DNA of 32,000 nucleotides from Pyrodictium delaneyi (GCF_001412615.1 NZ_CP013011.1:1560001-1592000), one strand, 5' to 3'; positions 7,830-16,942 are shown, counted from the stretch's first letter. Made by a program: numbers and translations. Notes: generated by a model not told the origin, from the letters alone.

Positions 7830-9338
7830 TTAAGGCTGGTTCTCTCCCGTACGCGCTGCTACCAGTATCGCTTTACGGGTCTTCTCAAGGATATTTGGTG
7901 GCACTACCGCGAGGAATGGAGCCATATACTTGTGCTTAGCCGCCTCTATGAGCACTTCACTTCTTCCACCAGCTTCAAGGTAGCCACTTGCGATTAGACT
8001 AGCACGCTCCGGCCCACTCTGGGGAGTGTAGAGGAGGGAATAGTAGCACGCTACAGCTATATCCCATGCAGCATCCTGCATGTTTCTTAAATCTCGTGCC
8101 TGTTCTAAGTCTACAATGTACAAGTTCTCGCCATCATAGACGAAGTTACTCGGGTTGGAATCCCATAGAGCTATACCCGCAGCATGTAGGCGTGCCAACG
8201 TTACACCTAGTTCACGGTAGGGCTCGGGCGTTGACTCTTTCTGGAGCATAGCGATGAGGTCTTCACCCTCTATATAGCTATAGGCTGCCTGGCGGCGCCG
8301 AGGGTCTATAAGTATAGGCTCCGGTACATGGAATCCACGCTCAGCTAGGAAACGATTGTAGTAGTACTCGGCATTGAGCCGTGCTAATGCACGGAGACGG
8401 GGGCGGGGAAGGGGTAGTGACGCTATGGCGGCAGCCAACCATTTAACAGCAGTTATATCAGTATACCTCTTGACAACCGCAGGGCGGAAGCCACCAATTT
8501 CAACAGTTTTAGCACTCCTTATCATCCCTTTACGTTGAAGCTTTGCGTTGTCAAGCAGTCTCTTTACACCAGTTATGGTATAGAGCTGGTCTTCGAACTG
8601 CATTAGTTTTGTAGCAACGCGTGCAGAGTCTAGCCTTACAAGAAGTAGAGGATCTCTTGTCAGAGGATGAGGTTTACGGCTAATACCTTCAAGTATTATC
8701 GACTGTGGTATTGCTTGGAGTAGCGACAGCGAGACGCTGGAAGCTATATCGCCAATTATATGAACTATCTTGACTGCGCCACTAAGCTGAACGAAGGGTT
8801 TCAACCGTGCTCTCTTAGGCTGCTCAATAACACTCTTTGCCGGAATCCAACGACTCTTATATACATTGACTCCCAGAATCCTTTGGACTAGTACACGGAG
8901 CCAGGAGTAGTAGTCTCTACGCTGCAACATTAACTGATATACTACTCGGAGCCAGGGGTAGATTCTTTGGAGACGGGCCATCCTCGCGACTACAGGGTAT
9001 ATGTCTGCTACGAGCAAGCGTTCATAGTTCTTGTGGAAAAGTTTCTCCAGCCGACTTACCTCCTCTCTAAACACTCTAATGATGTAGCTTTCGATTAGTC
9101 TATGATATTGCTCTACGTCTCCCTCAACACTTACAGGCTTTAGGAGAAGCAGCGACGCTATTATCTCGCCTAGTAACGACTCCTCCACGTCCGCCAAGAA
9201 GACGTCACGCGATATGATAGCTTCTAGCCAGCCGGGCCTCCCGTCTACACAACTACCATTACTACCTAGTCCCAGAACTAGCCGGAGTCCTGGCAGTTCG
9301 TATGTGAGCTTTACTGCCGCCGCACACTCCCCCTGCAA
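7830..9338 (-). CDS. Uncharacterised ~330-aa N-terminal region fused to a RIO/Bud32/Kdo-kinase-like atypical kinase domain
   Basis: The C-terminal ~170 aa carries AVVKRY (candidate ATP Lys), SYIEGEDL (hinge), LHAAGIALWDSNPSNFVY (catalytic loop with HGD read as LWD; Asp and Asn kept) and LYIVDLEQARD (metal-binding Asp). I recognise nothing in the N-terminal part. Confidence 0.6.
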   Translation of the reverse strand: MQGECAAAVKLTYELPGLRLVLGLGSNGSCVDGRPGWLEAIISRDVFLADVEESLLGEIIASLLLLKPVSVEGDVEQYHRLIESYIIRVFREEVSRLEKLFHKNYERLLVADIYPVVARMARLQRIYPWLRVVYQLMLQRRDYYSWLRVLVQRILGVNVYKSRWIPAKSVIEQPKRARLKPFVQLSGAVKIVHIIGDIASSVSLSLLQAIPQSIILEGISRKPHPLTRDPLLLVRLDSARVATKLMQFEDQLYTITGVKRLLDNAKLQRKGMIRSAKTVEIGGFRPAVVKRYTDITAVKWLAAAIASLPLPRPRLRALARLNAEYYYNRFLAERGFHVPEPILIDPRRRQAAYSYIEGEDLIAMLQKESTPEPYRELGVTLARLHAAGIALWDSNPSNFVYDGENLYIVDLEQARDLRNMQDAAWDIAVACYYSLLYTPQSGPERASLIASGYLEAGGRSEVLIEAAKHKYMAPFLAVVPPNILEKTRKAILVAARTGENQP

Positions 9339-9532
9339 GGTTCAAACCCTTATACTGCTGCACTCCTTAAACCCATCACGGACGTTGGGAAAATCCCCAC
9401 TACTACTGGCTGAAGGATCCAAAGCCCTCTTATGGGCTAGGTGTTGCTACAACATACTCCCGCTAGCGTGCAACGGGGGTGTTTCTATTTACTCCCTTAG
9501 GAGACGCTCTCTAGACCATAAGGGAGCCAGCT

Positions 9533-10588
9533 GTGAACAAGCTATGTCTATATTATGACCCAGTTTTCGAGCTTCATTCACCACCCTATGGGTACCACAT
9601 CGAATCTCCAGAGAGGCTAACTTATGCGATACAAGGTTTACAAGACTCACAGTTATGGAGCAGAGCTGAGCATCTTCCTGTTCCACGTCGCGGCGGAGAA
9701 CTGTCAAGGATTCGGGAGGTACACAGCTGGGATTACGTCGAGGCTATACTCGATCTTGCAGAGCATGGAGGCGGCTACATAGACCCGGATACCTACGTCT
9801 CGCCGGGTACACCGCTCTCAACGCTTAGCTACGCCTCCGCTGTACTAGATGCAAGCGAGAAGCTGCTAAGCGGTATGTGCGACGTCGCTTTAGTGCTAGG
9901 CAGACCACCCGGTCACCATGCCGGCTACTTTGGGCGTGCAATGGGAGCACCAACACTTGGCTTCTGCATATTCAATGTATCCGCACTAGTTGCCCTTAAC
10001 GTTCACCGCCTCGGATACGAAGTAGTCATCATAGACATCGACTTACACCACGGCAATGGCACACAAGATATATTATACAGTGAACCCGTATTCCATATAG
10101 ATATACATCAAGATCCTTCAACAATCTATCCCGGTACAGGGTGGCCGTGGCAAACCGGTGAAGCTGAAGGGAGAGGAACAAAGCTAAACGTTATAGCACC
10201 ACCTGGCACTGGAGACGACCTTTACGTAGAATTATTCCGAAGGACACTAGACCTCTATCAATCACTGTCATCTACCCCGGATCTAGTAATTATTGACGCA
10301 GGATTCGACGCATACATCGAAGACGGGCTTGGATCGCTGCGCCTTACAACTACAAGCTACTACACCATAGGCAGTATAATAGCCCGCATAGGAGCACCCA
10401 TTCTGATAATACTACAGGGAGGTTACAGTAGCGGACTCTATCGTGCGCTCCCCGCACTCCTAGCCGGCTTACTCAATATGCCTAACCCATTCGAGGAACA
10501 TCCATCGAGAACAGAAAACAGTATCAGGAGGAAGGCATTGAAACATCTAGACGAACTCAAGGAGCACCTTGAGTCGACTCCCCTATGA
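9533..10588 (+). CDS. Histone deacetylase / acetoin utilisation (AcuC) / acetylpolyamine amidohydrolase family protein
   Basis: Motifs RPPGHHAG, IIDIDLHHGNGTQDILY, IDAGFDAY and LQGGY are the arginase-deacetylase zinc and active-site signature. GTG start. Confidence 0.88.
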   Translation: MNKLCLYYDPVFELHSPPYGYHIESPERLTYAIQGLQDSQLWSRAEHLPVPRRGGELSRIREVHSWDYVEAILDLAEHGGGYIDPDTYVSPGTPLSTLSYASAVLDASEKLLSGMCDVALVLGRPPGHHAGYFGRAMGAPTLGFCIFNVSALVALNVHRLGYEVVIIDIDLHHGNGTQDILYSEPVFHIDIHQDPSTIYPGTGWPWQTGEAEGRGTKLNVIAPPGTGDDLYVELFRRTLDLYQSLSSTPDLVIIDAGFDAYIEDGLGSLRLTTTSYYTIGSIIARIGAPILIILQGGYSSGLYRALPALLAGLLNMPNPFEEHPSRTENSIRRKALKHLDELKEHLESTPL

Positions 10589-10675
10589 CAACTGACTAAA
10601 TGAGTTAAAAACCGCCGACTAAATACCACTTATAAACATGTTTTATACTTGGATAACCCTATCTAGATCTTCAGG

Positions 10676-11122
10676 TTACTCGCTTGGAAATTCGTGGAAT
10701 ATTCCGAGCCCTGCAAGTGTCATTATGAAGTCCAGTATGTCGCGCGCTGATATCATGCCTAATGGTTTGCCATTATCATCTACTACTGGAATATGACGTA
10801 TATTGGCATCTCTCATCTTCTTAATTATCGTTACTATGTCTTCATCTGGTTTCGCTGTTATAGGATCCTCTGTCATTATCTCCCATGCTTGTTTTACCTC
10901 GGGATTCCATCCCTCGGAACACGCGAAGACGAGGTCACGCTCAGTTATTATGCCCCGAAGCTTGCCTTCCTCGTCTACAACTAAGACGCTTCCAACACGT
11001 TCAGTACGCATCTTACGTGCAACATCCTTTATCGAAGCATCTGGACCTATTGTGACCGGTGGCGTGGTCATAATGTCACGGGCGCGTAACGGTATACGTC
11101 TGCGACGTAAGAGCAGTATCAT
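10676..11122 (-). CDS. CBS-domain pair protein
   Basis: There are two CBS repeats: ARDIMTTPPVTIGPDASIKDVARKM..VLVVDEEGKLRGIITERDL and AWEIMTEDPITAKPDEDI..MRDANIRHIPVVDDNGKPLGMISARDIL. Confidence 0.88.
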   Translation of the reverse strand: MILLLRRRRIPLRARDIMTTPPVTIGPDASIKDVARKMRTERVGSVLVVDEEGKLRGIITERDLVFACSEGWNPEVKQAWEIMTEDPITAKPDEDIVTIIKKMRDANIRHIPVVDDNGKPLGMISARDILDFIMTLAGLGIFHEFPSE

Positions 11123-11142
11123 GTCTATACACCCTCTACTCG

Positions 11143-11156
11143 TATACTATAGTATA
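11143..11156 (-). promoter_or_regulatory. Perfect 14-bp palindrome TATACTATAGTATA; likely TATA element of the CBS gene
   Basis: It lies 21-34 nt upstream of the ATG at 11122. That spacing fits a leaderless or short-leader archaeal promoter. Confidence 0.4.
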
Positions 11157-11332
11157 ACGTGGCTGCAGTATAAAATGAGTACCCATGACGTTTACTAGTG
11201 GGACAAAATTACCTCTTCAACACATGATATATAGTAGTCTACACTAACCAGTTGTGTAATACAAGCCATACTCATAGGTATAACGTGTATAGCAAGGATG
11301 AAACGGATAGAAGGGCTGGGCTTCGATTTCGG

Positions 11333-11337
11333 AAAAA
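11333..11337 (-). terminator. T5 tract downstream of aEF-2
   Basis: AAAAA on the + strand is TTTTT on the coding strand, about 22 nt past the EF-2 stop. Archaeal termination commonly uses oligo-T tracts. Confidence 0.35.
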
Positions 11338-11358
11338 GACAGTGTGTTAACTCCGGCT

Positions 11359-13575
11359 TTAGAACGGTGTTATGAAGTCCTCGGGCTTCGGTGGCTCTGG
11401 TGGTAGGCCCTTCCTCTCACGTATCTTCTTTACTAGATCCATTAGCATGTTGTCAGGTACTGGTGCCCAGCGACTGAACTCGGTGCCCCAGAAGGCTCTG
11501 CCCTGTGTAGCGCTTCTTAGCTCGGCTGCGAGGTCGAAGCTCTCTGCTACCGGTAGCTCTGCTATTATCCTCATCATGACGCCGTACTCTTTCATGTCTA
11601 GTATCTTGCCGCGCTTCCTGGATATCACTGCTATAACGTTGCTGACGTACTCTTGTGGTACACGTATGTCTAGCTTCTGGAGAGGCTCTAGCAGTGTTGG
11701 CTTAGAGGTTAGGATAGCTGCGTATATCGCGTTGCGGACTGCAGGGTAGATCTGTGCTGGGCCGCGGTGGGCGGGGTCCTCGTGTATCACAGCGTCGTGT
11801 AGTACTACCTTGAGGCCTCTCACAGGCTCCTTGGCTAGTGGGCCCTCCTTCATTGCTAGGCGGAAGCCCTGGATTATAGTGTCCTTGACCTCGCGGAGGT
11901 GCTGTACACCGGTTGTCTTGTCTATGAAGATGTTTATGTTCTCGTCGATTGCCCATATCCTCTTTGCTTCGTCGTAGTCCCAGCCAGCCTTCTCCTTGAG
12001 TATCTTGGCTCTCTCGTATACGTCCTGGTCCTCTGTTATCTCACCGTTCTGTATTAGCTTGATTGTCTCCTCATCTAGCGGCTCTACGCTTATGTAGAGC
12101 TTGTTGTGCTTGTTCGGGCTCTTGCCTTCGAATACCTGGCTCTTTGCACGTACTGTCTCGCGGTATACTACTATTGGCGGGCTGGTCTTCACTTCGAGGC
12201 CGAAGGTCTCCTTTAGCCACCATACAGCTATCTCTATGTGTAGTGGGCCCATACCGCTTAGCAGGTACTCGCCTGTCTCCTGGTTGATCTTGACCTGTAT
12301 TGTTGGGTCTTCTATGCTGAGCTTGTATAGCGCGTCTATCAGCTTAGGTAGGTCCTTGGGGTTCTTAGGCTCTATAGCTACGGTTACTACTGGCTCGGAT
12401 ACATAGTGTAGCTTCTCGAACGGCGGCACTTTGTCCTTGAGGCTCACTGCTACTGCTGTTTCGCCTGCACGTGCGTCCTCGAGACCTAGCGCAGCTGCTA
12501 TGTTACCGGCAGGTATCTCGTCTACGACCTCGCGGTCGGGACCCATGTAGATGCTTACCTGTAGCACCTTAGCGCTCTTGCCAGCGTTTACGAGCCATAC
12601 CTCGTCGCCCTGGCGCAGGGTGCCGCTGAAGATACGGCCGGTAGCTACTAGGCGGCGTATCTTGGGGTCAACCCTCATGAAGGATATAGCGTATACGAGG
12701 GGACCGTTGGGGTCAGCCTCGAGCATCGCTTTGCCTACTTCGCTGTTTATGTCTCCCTTCCATATCTTGGGTATACGGTAGCCCTGGGCTTCACGCGGGT
12801 TTGGTATGAACTTGACTACTGCGTCAAGGAGTGCCTCGTGTAGTGGTGCAACCTTTGTAGCGAACTCCTCTATAGCTTCCTTGCCCTTGTTGTAGGCGTC
12901 GATTATGTCGCTGAACTTTATGCCACGCTTCTGGGCTAGAGGTATGCTTATGCCCCACTTATCGCGGGCACTACCAAATATCACCATGCCGCTCATTGGG
13001 TCTAGCTGCCACTTCTTCTTGAACTCGGGGTCGGCATAGAGGCTGATCAGGTGGTTGACCTCCTTGATTATCTCTACGAACCTCTGCTGTATCTGCTGGG
13101 GTGTATACTTTAACTCTTTGATGAGCCTGTCGACCTTGTTTATGAAGAGTATGGGGCGGACACGCTCCTCGAGGCTCTGTCGTAGCACTGTCTCGGTTTG
13201 GGGCATTACACCCTCGACTGCATCAACTACCACGATTGAGCCGTCCATCATTCTGAGGCTCCTAGTGACGTGGCCCGAGAAGTCTACGTGACCAGGGGTG
13301 TCTACTAGGTTGATTACGTAGGGCTTACCCTGATACTCGTGATAGAGGCTAATGTTCGCAGACTTGACTGTTATACCACGCTGCTGCTCTACCTTGAGGT
13401 AGTCTAGAGCAAGTGCTTCGCCAGCTATACGCTGGGATATCATACCTGCTGCTGCGAGCAGCGAGTCGCTAGTCGTAGTCTTACCGTGGTCCACGTGTGC
13501 CACGATACCAATGTTTCTTATCTGCTCGACGTTCCTCATTATCTTCAAGATTTCGTCTACATGCTTGACACGCAT
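11359..13575 (-). CDS. fusA: Translation elongation factor 2 (aEF-2)
   Basis: G-domain motifs [17 protein letters not shown] and NKVDR, plus the diphthamide-loop context [12 protein letters not shown]. The product is 738 aa. Confidence 0.97.
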   Translation of the reverse strand: MRVKHVDEILKIMRNVEQIRNIGIVAHVDHGKTTTSDSLLAAAGMISQRIAGEALALDYLKVEQQRGITVKSANISLYHEYQGKPYVINLVDTPGHVDFSGHVTRSLRMMDGSIVVVDAVEGVMPQTETVLRQSLEERVRPILFINKVDRLIKELKYTPQQIQQRFVEIIKEVNHLISLYADPEFKKKWQLDPMSGMVIFGSARDKWGISIPLAQKRGIKFSDIIDAYNKGKEAIEEFATKVAPLHEALLDAVVKFIPNPREAQGYRIPKIWKGDINSEVGKAMLEADPNGPLVYAISFMRVDPKIRRLVATGRIFSGTLRQGDEVWLVNAGKSAKVLQVSIYMGPDREVVDEIPAGNIAAALGLEDARAGETAVAVSLKDKVPPFEKLHYVSEPVVTVAIEPKNPKDLPKLIDALYKLSIEDPTIQVKINQETGEYLLSGMGPLHIEIAVWWLKETFGLEVKTSPPIVVYRETVRAKSQVFEGKSPNKHNKLYISVEPLDEETIKLIQNGEITEDQDVYERAKILKEKAGWDYDEAKRIWAIDENINIFIDKTTGVQHLREVKDTIIQGFRLAMKEGPLAKEPVRGLKVVLHDAVIHEDPAHRGPAQIYPAVRNAIYAAILTSKPTLLEPLQKLDIRVPQEYVSNVIAVISRKRGKILDMKEYGVMMRIIAELPVAESFDLAAELRSATQGRAFWGTEFSRWAPVPDNMLMDLVKKIRERKGLPPEPPKPEDFITPF

Positions 13576-13618
13576 AGCTTACCCTACCCGGGGAAGAAGG
13601 GGCGTGGCGGTCTCCGGG

Positions 13619-13624
13619 TTATAA
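13619..13624 (-). promoter_or_regulatory. TTATAA TATA-like element upstream of aEF-2
   Basis: It is centred about 46 nt upstream of the EF-2 ATG. This rests on sequence pattern only. Confidence 0.3.
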
Positions 13625-13714
13625 GCACGCTGGGTATTAGACCCTGCGCCTAGAGCGGCAAGGCGACTATACGACGATAAAACATCGGGCAACATATCCG
13701 GCTCATCCACTAGC

Positions 13715-14584
13715 TCATGTATCCGGCTTGCCGGGAGACCTATAAGGGGTATGGAGCACGCGATATACACGCTGGGCTCTCTCGTAGCCTAGTACACGCT
13801 CGAGTTCTACTATTGAAGCTCTACATATAGCTTCTATGCTACCAAACTTTTCAAGGAGCCTTTCCGCTAGCTTCGGACCGACGCCAGGGAGGCTCTGGAC
13901 TACGTAGAGCTGCTGCATCCAGAGTTTGTCGAGCCGCGGCTTCCGATGCACGACTACACTACGACGACTGCCATATTGTTCGCGACAAGCTAAGTTGTAT
14001 ATTATCCTGGCCGTTTCGCGCTGGTTGAGACTCCACAGTATACGGATACCATAGTCTAGAGCAAGGGCCGCCAGCGCTAGGCGGATCTGTTGTCCCCGGC
14101 TCGTGTACTCTTCAAGTCTAGTCAAGTCACCCTCTATAAGCAGTACAGGGATCTCATAGTATTCAGTGAGGCGTCTCGCTTGATCGAATAGCCTACCATC
14201 AAAGAGGCTTTCAGCGAGATCGTGCATTGTCTTACGCTCTATTGCCACTCGATCGGACACAATATAGTCCCCGACGCCAGCCATAGTGTATATCACGGCT
14301 GCACCTAGCTCCGCGAGTGCCTCAGGGACGCCGCTTCCGCGTTCCCGTTCATCGACATAGACTCTTGGCCTCCTACATTCGCTCAATCTAGCCCCGCCCA
14401 GGGGCTCGGGGGTGTGGAGTACACTAGAGGCTGACGCCCCGGGGAGTGGTGATGATAGTCCGGCGCACCGAACCCTCCTTCCGGGCCGCGTTATGACCCT
14501 GGGTAGCGTCATCTGCCTTCTGCTTAGAGGCACCAGATTTAGGTCTCCCGGACCCGCAGAGAGGCCCTGGGTACTCTGCAGCAC
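13715..14584 (-). CDS. xpf: ERCC4-type structure-specific endonuclease XPF (short crenarchaeal form); start probably overcalled
   Basis: Nuclease motif GDYIVSDRVAIERKTMHDL and C-terminal (HhH)2 LPGVGPKLAERLLEKFGS. The first ~65 residues are Pro/Ser/Gly/Arg-rich junk. In-frame alternative starts are ATG 14512 and TTG 14386, the latter just before VYVDERE. Confidence 0.85.
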   Translation of the reverse strand: MLQSTQGLSAGPGDLNLVPLSRRQMTLPRVITRPGRRVRCAGLSSPLPGASASSVLHTPEPLGGARLSECRRPRVYVDERERGSGVPEALAELGAAVIYTMAGVGDYIVSDRVAIERKTMHDLAESLFDGRLFDQARRLTEYYEIPVLLIEGDLTRLEEYTSRGQQIRLALAALALDYGIRILWSLNQRETARIIYNLACREQYGSRRSVVVHRKPRLDKLWMQQLYVVQSLPGVGPKLAERLLEKFGSIEAICRASIVELERVLGYERAQRVYRVLHTPYRSPGKPDT

Positions 14585-14593
14585 TAGGCTGGG

Positions 14594-15121
14594 GTGGATA
14601 GGTGCATGGCCAAAACTAGCGGCAAGAAGAAGGAGCCCGTAAGCGGCTCAAAGAAAGAGCTAGTCATTGTCTCTAGGCCAGCTGTGACCCGAGATCAAGT
14701 GGAGCGTGACGAGAGGAAGAAGCGTCTCCTCCTAGTACTAAAGACTATGGAGGACCAGGGCGGTATATACGAGAGGAGTCTAGCTCACCTAGTCTACTGG
14801 CTACAGAAGGAGAAGGGCATAGACCTGGGTTATAACTTCTACATGGTAGGCGATGTCCCAACCTCCAAGGAACTTCATGAGGATATAGTAGCACTCCTAT
14901 ACGTCGGTTATGCAGAAACTGACCCCAAGACCAAGAAGCTACGCCTAACCAACGACGGCAAAGAGTTCCTAGAGAAGAAGGGCACTGACCCCGAGTTCTT
15001 CGAGAAGCTGCGCGCCGCCGTAGAGGAGTTGAAACCCAAGATAGCGGCGCTCGACGCACAGATAGAACTCACAACAATACTCTCGAGGCCGAGAGCACCT
15101 CGGCGACGCAGATTCTTCTAG
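14594..15121 (+). CDS. Hypothetical protein: Lys-rich N-terminus, possible winged-helix core, basic C-terminal tail ending RRRRFF
   Basis: The 175-aa ORF has coding-like composition and is divergent from xpf. The winged-helix idea rests only on the pattern LRLTNDGKEFLEKKG. ATG 14606 (MAKTSGKKK) is an alternative start. Confidence 0.55.
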   Translation: MDRCMAKTSGKKKEPVSGSKKELVIVSRPAVTRDQVERDERKKRLLLVLKTMEDQGGIYERSLAHLVYWLQKEKGIDLGYNFYMVGDVPTSKELHEDIVALLYVGYAETDPKTKKLRLTNDGKEFLEKKGTDPEFFEKLRAAVEELKPKIAALDAQIELTTILSRPRAPRRRRFF

Positions 15122-15298
15122 GAGCATATCATTCCTCATCCAAGTTTTTAGATAACCTTCTAAATATACTAGCAACCAATGATCGCTGCCTTAAATCCTC
15201 ACATTCTACCAGGTGGTATAACCTTAATACTCTGCTAACATAGATTACAATGGCTTATCCATTATCCTGGAGGTAGCGGGGGTCAGGGCCCCGGTGAC

Positions 15299-15319
15299 GC
15301 CGCAGGAACTGCGGCTTTT
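15299..15319 (+). other. 7-bp hairpin GCCGCAG-gaa-CTGCGGC followed by TTTT
   Basis: Read directly. It lies in the 283-bp spacer between convergent genes. Whether it acts as a terminator or ends an sRNA is unknown. Confidence 0.3.
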
Positions 15320-15404
15320 GGATGAGCCGGGCGACGAATTGCACGCCGCCCACTTTCATTATAAGAGCCTTGCAAATAACGAGAATAGGGTTATTGCATA
15401 GCCT

Positions 15405-16703
15405 CTATGCGGGTCTGAGACCTGCTATGAAGAATCCTTGTGTACCATGTATGTGTGGGAGCAGTCGGCGGACGCGCTCGCGGAAGTTATAGGGTTTGTA
15501 GCCGGGCGAGCCAGGTATCTCTGGATCCAATGGCTCGAGCTCGCCGAGCATGCTGGATATGTGCTCCTCGCCTTCAAAGGGCAGCAAGCTACACACCGCA
15601 TAGACTATATAACTACTCTTGTATGTTAGCGCCTTCTTTAGCATCTCGCGCTGGAGAGCCGGGAATCGGCGAATCCAGGCGAGGTCCTCTAGGTGCATCT
15701 TGATCGCCGGGTCCTTCCCCATAGCACCACTACTCGTGCAAGGCGCGTCTAGTATGATCTTGTCTGGCTTAGTGCGTAACTCCAGCGAGCGGGAATCAGC
15801 GTGAATTATCTCGACACGGCTGGTATCTACTCCATAGAGACGAAGAAGCCTCTTTGTCCGCTTTAGTCGCTCCCAGGACACGTCTACGGCTATTATCCTT
15901 GCTCGGTTCTCTGTCAGTTGCATTATTAGTGCATCCTTTATGCCTGGCGCTGCTGCTAGGTCGAGTATTGTATCACCGGGCTCGGGGTGAAGCGCCTCAA
16001 CGACTAGTGCAGAAGCCTTGTCTTGGAATACTATTTCTCCACGCCACATTTCCTCCAGGTGATGTAGGGGCTCATTGAAGTCTACTACTTCGAGCATATA
16101 GGGGAGGTCTGGGTCGCGGCGGACTACTACGCCTTTATCGAGGAGTCTCTCAGCCACGCTATCCACGTCAGCTTTTAACGTGTTTACGCGTATCCACCAC
16201 TTCTCCTCGTTAAGCGCGGCCAGTAGCTTCTCTGTCTCGTTTCGCCCAAGAACCTCTAGGAACACCTCAACAAACCAGCGTGGGAACGAGTAGACCACCG
16301 AGAGCCTTTTGACTGTATCCTCTATGCCTTCTACCAGCTCCTCTACGTTCTCTATGCGGCGCGGCAGGCTCTTAACGAGCCTACGGCGTAGACGCTCAAC
16401 ACTCTCTATATGCTGCACTAGGTGCTCCGACTCGAGACCCCTCAAGAGGAGCCATAGCTTAGCCATGCGGCGAGCGCTCCCACGACTTCCGTAGATCTTC
16501 TGCTCAGCGTAACGGAGCAGGTAGTAGTCCGAGACTATGTCGTGCGAGACTCTGTACAAGACCTTGAGAGGCACGTAGCGGGCTGCTTTCCGGTACTCGC
16601 GAAGAGCCGCTTGGAACGCCCTGTCATGACTAACATGCTTAGTCATAACAATGTAGAGCACTTTGGCGCTAAAATCTATCAAGCTCCTAGCAATCTTGTC
16701 CAT
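15405..16703 (-). CDS. NOL1/NOP2/Sun-family RNA cytosine-C5 methyltransferase
   Basis: SAM motif LDLAAAPGIK, catalytic ILDAPCTSSGAMGKDP and a second Cys context YAVCSLLPFEGEE, preceded by an N-terminal helical (NusB-like) region. Confidence 0.88.
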   Translation of the reverse strand: MDKIARSLIDFSAKVLYIVMTKHVSHDRAFQAALREYRKAARYVPLKVLYRVSHDIVSDYYLLRYAEQKIYGSRGSARRMAKLWLLLRGLESEHLVQHIESVERLRRRLVKSLPRRIENVEELVEGIEDTVKRLSVVYSFPRWFVEVFLEVLGRNETEKLLAALNEEKWWIRVNTLKADVDSVAERLLDKGVVVRRDPDLPYMLEVVDFNEPLHHLEEMWRGEIVFQDKASALVVEALHPEPGDTILDLAAAPGIKDALIMQLTENRARIIAVDVSWERLKRTKRLLRLYGVDTSRVEIIHADSRSLELRTKPDKIILDAPCTSSGAMGKDPAIKMHLEDLAWIRRFPALQREMLKKALTYKSSYIVYAVCSLLPFEGEEHISSMLGELEPLDPEIPGSPGYKPYNFRERVRRLLPHIHGTQGFFIAGLRPA

Positions 16704-16859
16704 GGGCTTCTACTGCACCCCGCACACCTTACCAGCCTTTGCGGCTCCCCAGCACTCTGCCTAGATCCCAAGAGGGACAACACTTAGGGAGCCCTAATCT
16801 AGCTCACCTATCACCAAAGTAGTAGTTAAGGGGGCCCGTGGATAAGCCCACATAGACGG

Positions 16860-16942
16860 CTGCAGTGATGATAGGTGGGCTTACCAGAGCCCTATCAACT
16901 ACATAAGCAGGGCTATGAAGAGTGTGGCCGTATCTGAGCAAG
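16860..16942 (+). ncRNA. Candidate box C/D-like sRNA with an internal K-turn hairpin
   Basis: C box GTGATGA at 16865-16871 is followed by a 13-nt spacer and D'-like CAGA at 16885-16888. A stem GCCCT/AGGGC (16889-16893 / 16909-16913) leads to bulge TAT and GAAGA at 16917-21. A 12-nt spacer then reaches D box CTGA at 16934-16937. The locus sits in a 281-bp gap covered only by weak ORFs on both strands. Confidence 0.4.

Noticed and set aside
9330-9360. A T-loop-like GGTTCAAACCC.
   Set aside because: It abuts the 5' end of the 502-aa ORF. No D arm or acceptor pairing lies upstream.
10594-10624. An 8-nt direct repeat GACTAAAT occurring twice, 23 nt apart, between the convergent HDAC and CBS genes.
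   Set aside because: It is too short to distinguish from chance in an A/T-rich terminator region.
13579-13770. A 63-aa minus-strand ORF between xpf and EF-2.
   Set aside because: It overlaps the xpf 3' end out of frame, covers the EF-2 promoter region and has low-complexity composition.
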